A stretch of DNA of 51,249 nt, the filler included, from Dimargaris cristalligena (lineage: Eukaryota): the NCBI GenBank assembly GCA_003614675.1. It is 3 parts of 3 records of this genome, joined end to end, with 100 filler letters (N's around TTAATTAATTAA, not from the genome) between each part and the next. Parts side by side here need not be neighbours in the genome. Positions count along the whole stretch, not along the records: positions 34,255 to 51,249 come from ML002824.1; 2 more parts are not named here. One strand, written 5' to 3'. Both the position numbers and the translations under genes were made by a program. Positions 41,658 through 51,249 of the stretch are shown here, piece by piece. How positions within the stretch are numbered: position 1 is the first letter of the stretch; each line of letters opens with the position of its first letter. A model generated the notes under the pieces. The model ran no database searches. It saw only the letters and a program-made list of their open reading frames with translations, and was not told the DNA's origin.

Positions 41658-44496
41658 GGTCGAACAGGGAAAGACATAGACGGGCCGCTGGGAGGATAAA
41701 AAAAGGAATGGACGAGAAACGAAGGAGGGGGGATTCGAGGTATTTGAAAAAAGAGAGAGAAGGGGGGGAAAGAGAGGGAGGCGGAACCCTCAAGATGGAC
41801 AGAACGTTTTCCGGCGGAATTGGGTACAGGATGTGCGGTTGACAGTATAGTTCAAGACTCAGCCCCACGCCACTAGAAGGCACATAGGAGGAAGAGGGAC
41901 TTGTCCGTGAAGCCGAGGGCAAATGCTGACTGGTTCAAGGCCACAATACAATAGCACAGCCCTGTAGGTTTATAATACCTAGCAACCTCTGTGTATTAAG
42001 TAGAGAGACCTTAGTGCCAAAACATTAATAATTAGATGGGTTAAAGATAACTCCACCATATTCCCCCATGGAGTTAATTAGTCGCCGACATAGGTCAACT
42101 GAGCCAAATAACGATTATCCCACTATATTGGTCACTAATATTCAACAATGGCAGCCGTATCCCTCGACTATTTATAGCTTACTTTCACCTTATATGTATT
42201 ACATAACCCGGGTTGCTTCCTATGCTTGATGGGTCTTTTTTCATTGTCACCTACGCCTCTAATAGACGGTTTTAGAATATCGCATGCACTATATAGGTTT
42301 ATCTCCCCATTTTACATCAGCTTTTGAGTGATTTTACAGTAGGGCTACTGCCTTTACCAAGGGAGTAAAATAGTATTTGGTATCATGTGGTAATTTCCCA
42401 CTTACAACCAATCTACGGAGGTAGGCTAATCGGTCGCTGATCCTAGGGTTGATCCGGAAAAATGCCTGCGGTGATGGAATTGACTCAGCGCCAAAGGCCT
42501 ATTATTGACCGTAAATTGGGGGAAATTATTTGGTTTGACATATTATTTTTAATTAGTTACTAGCGTTGATTATCCCAGCGAAGGTGGCCCATTCGTCCAG
42601 CTTGCAAGTTCAGATGTTCTTTATCAAAATAATTAACAGTTAGCCCTAATGCCAATATAGCTCTACCCCCAAGGTCCTCATGTAAGCCTAGCTATTTGAT
42701 GGATTGCTATGGTAATTAGCCCATCCGTCAGCCCCGCCGTCTAGAAAGGAGTGGAGCTTCATTGAGGACAAGAACGTATTTAGTTACAGACCAGTCTGGA
42801 TTGAGACTGCTGTATATTGAAGTATGTTCATAAATTTATTTGTTGAACAGATTGCCGTCGAGGCGAACTAGTATTAAGGGAAATGGCTATCGAGCATTCC
42901 AAATAAAAATGATTATTAGGGGCCGTGGACTATGTCCCCGAATACTATAAACAAGTCGAGTACCCTGGATGAATCTTTCGTCCATGCCAACTGGACAAGC
43001 ACCACAGTGATGGAAAAGCCATGCTCGATTTGCCTTAAACTCATATTCCATCTACCCATCCCAATCTAAAGAGTACGGCTTCGCTGGCAACTTCAAACTA
43101 CTAGTGGTAAGTGTAACCAAAAATCCTCAAGCTAAAACATCACAAGACTTCTCAATAGCATCTATCCCGATACTGGCTGAACCTGTATGAGCGCGTAAAT
43201 GCTTGGTTTCGAAGCTGGGAAAATGACACGAGCCTCCATTCGGAGACATTCCCTCCGGGTGGTGTATTATTATTACATAATAAGTCCTGCCAATGGCAGC
43301 TGACTTCTAATATCCCATTAACTATCCGGACACCATTTAATTTACAGGCCATTTCAGTATAAAATTTCTTTGCACATGCTGCTGAAGGGTCATTTTTGAC
43401 AATTATCCGAATTTAAAGACCTTCACAATCAGCCTCGCAATATCCCTCGTGTTAATGAAAATGGTGCAAACCCCAGGAGGGCCGGGACCCCCTCTGACCC
43501 ACCCCATGCGAATACCCCATTTAGGATTGCTCCAGTCCCCCAAAGAGAAACTGCAATTCTCCCCAAAACAATCCTATTCAAGTATTTAAATAATGCCATT
43601 TTATAGTAAGAGCCCACTACAGCACCCACCCAGTTCCTGAGAAGCTCGTGTCACAGCCGCTCGGGTAAACTTTATAGCCCTGGAGAGGATATCACTTATA
43701 TCCGGCAATGGCCAACCGGAACACTCTCCTAATAACCCTCGCCGCACGTGTGTCTAGAAAAAATATGGTCACCCCCTCCCTGGACAAAAATAAACCAGAA
43801 AGAAGGCAGTGTGAATACCACGAGTAAGACAGGGCTGAAAGTCAAAGGGCGGCTGGATGTGGTCGGGGTGATTGAATTATAGCTGGTTCTCATGGCAGTG
43901 AAGAACTGTCTTTATACTTGGGTAGGACAGGTTATAGGAGTGCAGAGGCCCGCTACAAAGGGGAGCACATGGGGCGGTTGGTTTGTACCTCGCCGTTTTC
44001 CTATATCCGACCTTAGTAATACGGCAGCGTCGACCTAATTTTTTAAGGGAAGTGTGCTTTTCTTAAGAGGTGAGAACGCCGGAATAGTTGGGTAACCTTA
44101 AGGATAAAACTCCACATAAGCAGGACATAGGGGCTGTCAGGAATGCCAATTGAGAGGCGGTTGTTACACGACTGCAGCTGTTTATTCAGCTATGGGACAG
44201 CTTGTTTCGGAGATGCAGATTTGAATGGCAAAAACCATAGTCAACAGTGGAAAGGATGGATGTTGCTTGAGAGTTCGGCAATTTAGACTCCAAGTAAAGT
44301 GAATGTCTCCATGCCGAAATTGTTACACTGCCTCTAACCCCACTGCTACTATCAAAGCTGTCGGATGATCTTCCACATCACTGCTGTATTAATAGTCTTC
44401 AGAAAATATCAAAACTGTAAATACAAGCGATATCAAGGGTACGCCGGTATTGTAATTCACTCCATTGTATATCTACAGCCCTGACCACCCGGCAAG

Positions 44497-44504
44497 TATA
44501 AAAG
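44497..44504 (+). promoter_or_regulatory. TATA box upstream of the secreted Cys-rich protein gene
   Basis: TATAAAAG ~160 nt upstream of the ATG at 44663. Confidence 0.5.
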
Positions 44505-44662
44505 ATGAAGGATCGGCTCGCCATAAACTATATTCAGCACGTTTCAGTCTACTCACGAACACGATATTGCACTGACCTGTCTATTCCATCCGAACTATTT
44601 GGGCTAAGTGTTATCTTAATACGCCGCTCTCTATTCCACCCCTCCCGCTACTTCTACTTACC

Positions 44663-45175
44663 ATGAAGCTTTTCGCCGTTGGCCTTCTGGCCCTTGCTGC
44701 ACCCACCGCATTCGCCGCCAGCCTTGGTGCCGTCTCTGGTACCCAATTCCCTGTCGACATGGCCTCCCCCCGCTTGACCTGTACTAACGCCACACCCCTG
44801 GCCCCAGAAATCCAAGCCATCATGAAGAAAACCAATTTGGACTGCCGGATGATCCATACCGCCATGCATAACTTTAAATGCGAGCGCTACCCTGCGGCCG
44901 GACCGTGTGCCAATACCGAGGAGTGCGCTAGTCGCTGGGCTGAGTTTACCGACTCCCTACGTGGTACTCCAGCTTCCGTACCCTACATAATCGAAAATTA
45001 TGAGTTGGACCGGCCCCGGAATCGCCGTCTTTTCCGTCGAATGCCCGAGGATCCCACTTGTTGTCCGAGCGAGAGCTGCATGGAGAACTTCTGCGGGTTC
45101 CCATGCAATTGTATGTCCTGCTTCTTTGGAGACTTTCTCTGCGGGACTTTGAAGCACTGCTTCGGCTTCAACTAA
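44663..45175 (+). CDS. Small secreted Cys-rich protein, probable prepropeptide (170 aa, 14 Cys)
   Basis: Signal peptide MKLFAVGLLALAAPTAFA; ACCATG start context; polybasic RPRNRRLFRR before a 44-aa tail with 9 Cys. Confidence 0.85.
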   Translation: MKLFAVGLLALAAPTAFAASLGAVSGTQFPVDMASPRLTCTNATPLAPEIQAIMKKTNLDCRMIHTAMHNFKCERYPAAGPCANTEECASRWAEFTDSLRGTPASVPYIIENYELDRPRNRRLFRRMPEDPTCCPSESCMENFCGFPCNCMSCFFGDFLCGTLKHCFGFN

Positions 45176-48100
45176 CTTTAATCAGGGTTTTTATTACCGA
45201 GACCAACGCTGTAGCGGGGTGGTCCAACAATTAGGCATCTACTATAGCATCGATCGCAGTCGTTATTTTTTTAGATGGGTTTTCGTCGATTATCTTCTAT
45301 TCGTTTTGTAGGATTAATAATCCATTGGGTTAAACTATTCAATAATATGCCCCGGGGAAAACTGAATAGCAAATCACCCTTATAGTATTTGAACCCTTTA
45401 TATTAGAAAATACTGTGATTGAAACTCGATTGGAGAGGTAGTTTAGGGGCGCGCCATCTGATTATTATTTTTTGGCCTATCTGTCTGACACCGATAGAAA
45501 ACTGGGAAACAGGCAACCGCGATGCGAATACTAGATACTGGGCCTTACTATCGAGGCATATACTTTTATGGAAAGTGGGCCAGACTAAGTAAAATTTTAT
45601 AGAGGGAGAACCCCCTCTTTTCCCAAACCATGCTCGCGAGGTAACCTATGCATTGGAGTATGTGGATGTGCCCTGCGTAAATCATCGATGGATTTCAACT
45701 GATACGTATTACTGATGAATACGAGCGTCGGACAGGGCCACCTGATTTAATACTCAGTGATCCCCCTGACAAATGCTGCCCGGTTCTATAGATAATCGCA
45801 GCTGAGTCGGGGATCCAATCTTATATATTTATTGGGGGACGGTATATTAAGCCAATACGAAGGTATAGAATACTCGACTGTAGTATCAGGATTACAATAC
45901 TCAGATCAATGCTCTCTGATTGCACACTGCTAGGCTTCCTACTTGGGCAATTACAATACACTGGTATTATTAGTGCGCCCGCATCGGAAGCGGTGGTACT
46001 GGTGGTAGGGTCTATTGGATGCTACTGTGGTAGAACAGACGGGGGTAAATCCCAGCCAAGTTGGCGAAAATATTTATCCACCTTGACTCTTGTCCTAGGA
46101 TTATCAACGACATGCCACTTGGGGCTTATGATGGATGTGTACCGTATACTATTGTGAGTGTCGGGGGTAGACAATCAGCGACAATCGCAGTACCTGTGCT
46201 CTACCGCTTTTCCCGAAGTGGATGGATAGTGTGGTCATAAATTTGGCCATATAAACGAGATTGACGCAAAATCCGAGACATTTACATAGATATGCAGAAG
46301 GAATATAAGATACTCAAGAAAGGTAAATGGCAGTCAGGTCCTTTAGTTCATGTAGATTGGGATTAGCCACTGGGTTTCTTGAAGTAGGACCGGGTCACTA
46401 TCCCTTTTAATAGGGTACATGTGGGCTTTTATGATCACCATCTTGGCGACTAAAGTGAATGGAAAGGAGTCGAAGTGCAATACATCAGCGTAAAAGGGCC
46501 AGCAGGGTAGTATAGTCCACTAATTCAGCCTTTGGGGCGACGAATGGTACAGTTGGCAATTTGACGCTTGGTCACTGCAATGGTCTACAATAACAAAGCC
46601 AAGTTGGTTTTACCAAGCATGGTGTTTAGAAAAGGGCTATTTCGCCGTGAATCAACAGGATGTTTAAAACATCACCGCGTTATTTCTCTAGCCTAATCTC
46701 CCCTTGATTTTAATACTCGCCCTTTTCCACTAGTGATCACCATGGCGGTGTGTTGCTTGGGAGTATGTGGTTTTGGGTCTGATCTAAGGCAACTACTATG
46801 ACACCCCCAGACGCCAAGCTGTCCCCGCTCGTTCAAGGCACTTGCTTCGTAAGCTCAGTTGAGCACCCCTTAATCTAGTCACAACGCCCTTCAAGGCAAG
46901 ATATGCCGGATTTCCGCACGACCAGGGTCGACTGTAGACCCCTTTCCTTAGCTCTCCCCAAATGAGAAGCAGTTGGCGGTAGGTATTCAGGGGCTGATCA
47001 ATTCTTCCTATTGCCTCTGGCTGCGCTGCCTTAAATAGACCGGTCCTATCGCCCACCTCCCCTAGCCCACACTTTATTAAAAATATATAGTTGCTATTAG
47101 TCCATAGCTTTTAATTATTGATCTGCTTGCCCAGTGTTAACCAAGTGTGATAAATTGCCTTATTGTCCTTTAATCCAGTTATTTTACCCCACTTGATGAG
47201 ACCTTTTCGGCTACCCTATCTATGTGTACCTGTATCTAATCTAGCCACCTACCTGAAGTCAACCCAGTGTAGAGCTACTATTGCCCACTTCACGCACATT
47301 CGACCCACTTCACCCTGCCCCGGGATTAACGTACGTTGCTGTGTAAAATTTGATACCTGTGAATAAGTATGTGTGCCTCCTTCAACTGCGTTTAGACCAG
47401 GTCCTTTGCCACCAATAGCAGCAAAGACCCGTGTACTTCCCCGCTTTTCCTCGTCAGCTGGTCATCTGCACCTTTGTTGCTGTGGGCCTGGTTCGCTGGC
47501 TATAGGCTCGGTTTGTCCATCTTATCGATGCACACCGATTGACCGCGTATATTGCGCATCCGCATGCTGGACTGGCCAACCCATTTGGTTCACTATCCAC
47601 TTGGGTATTTCTCCTTCTATTATTCGTTATATATATATATGTTTGAGTAGAGTGCCTAAAAGGAGAGAGAGGGTTTTATAATCCCCGGTGGTTTCCCCTC
47701 CCCCAGTTGCGTGCAAGTCTCACTAACCAATCCCCCTCCACCTTTGTACACCTACCTGCCTATATATCTACTTATTTCTATTGTTGTATTATCAGCTACC
47801 CTTGTATTGCAATAGTCATTTATTTATACCGGACTCGTGGGGAGCTTTAATCATTTGATTCTTTCGACAACCCCGCAGAGCCGCTGGGAAGACCCTATTC
47901 GCCCGCCAACGCTGGTCCATTAATTTAGTCATCGACTAGCAGGGCTTTGCTTTGAAAGTGCTAACCGACGCCACTGTTGCCATTGGGCCCCGGCCATTCC
48001 ACTTTATCTACCGTCTCATCGTTGCGGCATTGGGTGGTTCGTCAGCTATTCTTGGAATACCCCTTTCCCGTTTTTCTCCCCCACAGAGTCCGTCCACTAC

Positions 48101-48560
48101 GCTGCACCGGTTCGTTTCAATATCGGATTGCGCTGCCCTTGTGCACGACTTTCTGGCCCTACACTTTCCCCAGCGGGCGGTACCCTCGCCGTCCTTTTTT
48201 GTGATATAACCTTCCGAAGGAGTGACCGATTACGCTTAGCTTTCTTCTATTTTAAACTCTCTATTACCGATCTTTCTATTGACGTATATATATATATACA
48301 TTCGTTTATTCTTGATACTCATTGAAACAGCGGGCTCGCTTGGCTTCTTTTATCTTTTGCGAATACGAATAGCTATTATTTCGCTGAGTTCAGTCCTTGC
48401 CTTCGTCGGAGACTCGTTTACACACCCTCTGCTTATCACCCGGCTATGACTTTCCCTGGCTGAAGAATATCATCATTCCAATACACCACCAGCCTTCCAA
48501 GTGTCCCTCTTCATAGTCCTATTTTTTTGTTTTCATTTTCCAACGAGCTTCCCGTTTCTA

Positions 48561-51249
48561 ATGGCCCATTCCGAGCTCCCCTCCCAGGCCACCGAGGCTC
48601 CCGATGCCCAACTGAATTACCCGCGGCAACTCCCATCTTCGGCACCGGGTTCGGCCCTTCCTACTCCGACCACACTGTTACCCCCGCCGACCCACCTCCA
48701 GCGGTTGTCCAGCTCCGCCCACCCCGTACCCGACGCAGCGACCTTTCGCTTCCGTCGCAATTCGGCCCACCCTACTAGCAGCAACAATAACAGTAGCGGC
48801 AGTAGCCACGCCGGAAACAGTTCCCTCCAGTCTCCGACAGCTAGTCTCCACCAAAGTCCCCCTTCTTTGTCTTCTACGACAGCTCATTCGCAAGCCCAGA
48901 CTCCCACTCTACTTTTCCCCTCGCATGGGTTCGACAGTAGCGCTCCCAGTGGGGTGGCGTCCCCCTCCTTTATGGCCACCAACGCCCCCCATCGGCCTTC
49001 GCCCCTGTCCCGGGAAACCAGCCGCGTTGACCCCTCGGGAATGGAGCGCGAGCCGCCTTCCACAGCAGGCTTAGTATACTCCTCCTGGGTCCGTCGGGGC
49101 GGCCCACCTTCGGCGACCATCGGGGCCGGTTCCGGCCATCTACCACCTCCCCCCGAGAATGAACCCGTCCCCGTGTCTTTGGCCATGTCACAGACCACCG
49201 GCTCCACCACATCCGTGGCATCGTCAACGGCGGCCGCGGCGGGTCCGCCCACTCGGCGGGTACGGGCTCCTCTTTCCAGTACCGCCTCGGATTTCCGGCG
49301 GGCGCTGCCTAATTATCCCCCGGTACGCTACACCTACTACCAGAACCAGTCCCCGCTGCCTTCGCCTAGCTCCTCCATGATGTCCTTCTCCCCCCAATTC
49401 GACGCCCATTACTCGGCCCACCTCAACAGTAACGGGGGCTATAGTCCCGCTTTCGGACCCGAGGATACCCATTATAACCCCAATGGCAGTAGCCATGGTG
49501 GTGGTGGTGGTGGTAATCCGCGGACAGGTAGTCAACACCACCCCGTTCCCCCACCACCCCTCTCCGCCGCCTCGAATTACTGGACCGTCGATTCCCGGTT
49601 CAGCCCCTTATTCCCCGCGAACGGCGGTATCAGTATGCATCATCGGCGGAGCTCTACCCAGTTTCCCTATTCACCCCGGGGCCCTTCTTCCCAATCGTCC
49701 GTGTCGTCGTCCGTGGTAATGGCCATGTCCAACATGGCGGGACCTAGCGCGGGGTCGAGTAGCGGCAGTGGTCCTTCCTCTTCGATATCGAGTAATAACC
49801 TATTACCCGCCCAGATGCACCGGCGTCGGAGCCACCAGGGCATGGTACCTTCGATGGACTCCTTGATTGCCCATGCGGGCCGACCCCGTCTGGCGACCAT
49901 CAGTTCGAATGACGATGAAAGTTTGCTGGAAGGAACGGTACCCGGGGCGACTGCTACACCGACCCTAGCACCACTCCGGTCCGCCTCAGTAGCATCCCCA
50001 TCGGGTGTAGCAATGAATGGTAGTACTGGCTGCCATCCCTCGACTACTACTACTGTGCCGTCTTATTCGGTAGAGGGTGGTGGTCACCACCGGAGCGGCA
50101 CCCGACTGGCTTCGCCCCCACCCCCTCCTGCATTGCAACCCCTCGAGCCTACGACGATGTCCAACCACCCTTCCCCCCGGTTCGTTGAATCACCCCTCCA
50201 ACTTCCCTCGATTGACCAACTGTTGGTGACCACGGGGGAACTCCTCGGTCGTAGACAGCACCGCGCCAGCACCAGCAGTTTGCTAAGTGGCTCTAACGTG
50301 CGATCGAACGGTCCCGGTGGTGCGGGTCCAGCCACCCCGCCGCCACGGATCACTTATTCGTCGCCGGATACGGAAATGACCGGCTCCGATGACGGGTGCC
50401 ATCCGCCGCACCACCACCTTCAGCAGCAACCTGCGGGTAATCCACCCCCACTGCCGTCTATTCAGGAAAGCGATTCCGCCGCCCGTGGAAGTGCCATGAC
50501 TTCCTCTGCAGCCGGCATGCACAGTGAAAGAAGGCCCTCCCCCGCCCAGCAGTCCTATGCAACTGCCATCACTACTGCCACTGGTACTACTGCGACCACC
50601 CCCTGCGCACGTCGACTGCAACAGACCCACCAACCCCCCGCCCTGTCCATGCACCGTCGCCACCCACCTCCCCATCCTTTAAATATGCAACCCCAGCCGT
50701 CCCCACCGAACCCGGTTTCGGCCTGCCCCACTGAGCCGGCCAGCTCTTCAACTCATCAGCATCACCCTCACCACTACAATCAACATCCGCGTCCCCACAC
50801 TGCTGCCTCTTCGCTGGCCCCCGCTCGATCGTCCTCGCATCTTCAACACCGCCTGTCAAACCACGGGAACCCTGATAGTCCGTCGTCGCCAAATAGTATG
50901 CAGGTGGATTCCTCACCACCATCACCTCCTACCCGTGATATCCAGTCTAGCTACCCTACTTCTATCTCTTCTTTATCTTCCTCTTCTGCCTCTACTTCCG
51001 CTGGACCCACGGCCGGCTCGACCAACTCCTACCGCCTCCGCCAGCCCCCGCCTCCCTCCCAGATGCCCGGGCGAGCCCACGGAAACCCCTACCCCCCGTC
51101 GTTCCATTCTCCCTCGCACCACTTAGGAGGTCCCCACTCCGCTCGCCCGCTTTACACAACCACGCCCGGATCGGCTACACCACCGTCTTCGGCCTCTTCT
51201 TCGTCCACGTCAGCCGCTACCCCATCCCCATCGGGTATCTACCCCGTAC
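48561..51249 (+). CDS. Long Ser/Pro/His-rich low-complexity protein, 5' part (at least 896 codons, runs off the window); possibly a transcriptional regulator
   Basis: Manual translation from ATG 48561 (MAHSELPSQ...) meets no stop before the window end, so it is absent from the ORF track; contains LQLPSIDQLL and PLPSIQE motifs and many RRxS sites. Confidence 0.82.
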   Translation, partial: MAHSELPSQATEAPDAQLNYPRQLPSSAPGSALPTPTTLLPPPTHLQRLSSSAHPVPDAATFRFRRNSAHPTSSNNNSSGSSHAGNSSLQSPTASLHQSPPSLSSTTAHSQAQTPTLLFPSHGFDSSAPSGVASPSFMATNAPHRPSPLSRETSRVDPSGMEREPPSTAGLVYSSWVRRGGPPSATIGAGSGHLPPPPENEPVPVSLAMSQTTGSTTSVASSTAAAAGPPTRRVRAPLSSTASDFRRALPNYPPVRYTYYQNQSPLPSPSSSMMSFSPQFDAHYSAHLNSNGGYSPAFGPEDTHYNPNGSSHGGGGGGNPRTGSQHHPVPPPPLSAASNYWTVDSRFSPLFPANGGISMHHRRSSTQFPYSPRGPSSQSSVSSSVVMAMSNMAGPSAGSSSGSGPSSSISSNNLLPAQMHRRRSHQGMVPSMDSLIAHAGRPRLATISSNDDESLLEGTVPGATATPTLAPLRSASVASPSGVAMNGSTGCHPSTTTTVPSYSVEGGGHHRSGTRLASPPPPPALQPLEPTTMSNHPSPRFVESPLQLPSIDQLLVTTGELLGRRQHRASTSSLLSGSNVRSNGPGGAGPATPPPRITYSSPDTEMTGSDDGCHPPHHHLQQQPAGNPPPLPSIQESDSAARGSAMTSSAAGMHSERRPSPAQQSYATAITTATGTTATTPCARRLQQTHQPPALSMHRRHPPPHPLNMQPQPSPPNPVSACPTEPASSSTHQHHPHHYNQHPRPHTAASSLAPARSSSHLQHRLSNHGNPDSPSSPNSMQVDSSPPSPPTRDIQSSYPTSISSLSSSSASTSAGPTAGSTNSYRLRQPPPPSQMPGRAHGNPYPPSFHSPSHHLGGPHSARPLYTTTPGSATPPSSASSSSTSAATPSPSGIYPV

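Noticed and set aside
48527-51126. Many short overlapping ORFs on both strands
   Set aside because: Shadows of the single long GC-rich + strand frame from 48561; the same applies to antisense ORFs over ALG11, the aminopeptidase, MCM3, CBS-like and PAN3.

Overview
Eukaryotic, intron-containing fungal genomic DNA. An early-diverging, non-Dikarya lineage is inferred from gene content. The window is three ~17 kb contigs (1-17053, 17154-34154, 34255-51249) joined by artificial N44-TTAATTAATTAA-N44 spacers, so adjacency across the spacers is probably not biological. Spliced gene models were rebuilt by hand from GT-AG junctions and phase matching. Contig 1 carries a GPI-type Cys-rich secreted protein, ALG11, an M17 leucyl aminopeptidase and MCM3. 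Contig 2 carries the 3' part of an unknown gene, LYAR, an ABITRAM/FAM206A homolog, 10-exon DUS2, a cystathionine beta-synthase-like protein, a DAP1/DAPL1-like protein and a secreted F-box-like protein. Contig 3 carries the 5' part of importin-beta, 7-exon PAN3, a Cys-rich secreted prepropeptide, and an ORF of at least 896 low-complexity codons running off the end. Highlights: (1) a two-exon gene, invisible in the ORF track, whose spliced product has both hallmark motifs of the animal ribosome-dormancy factor DAP1; (2) an intact CBS-like gene lacking the PLP-binding lysine and phosphate loop (candidate pseudoenzyme); (3) two effector- or toxin-like secreted proteins. No tRNA, rRNA or CRISPR features were recognised.
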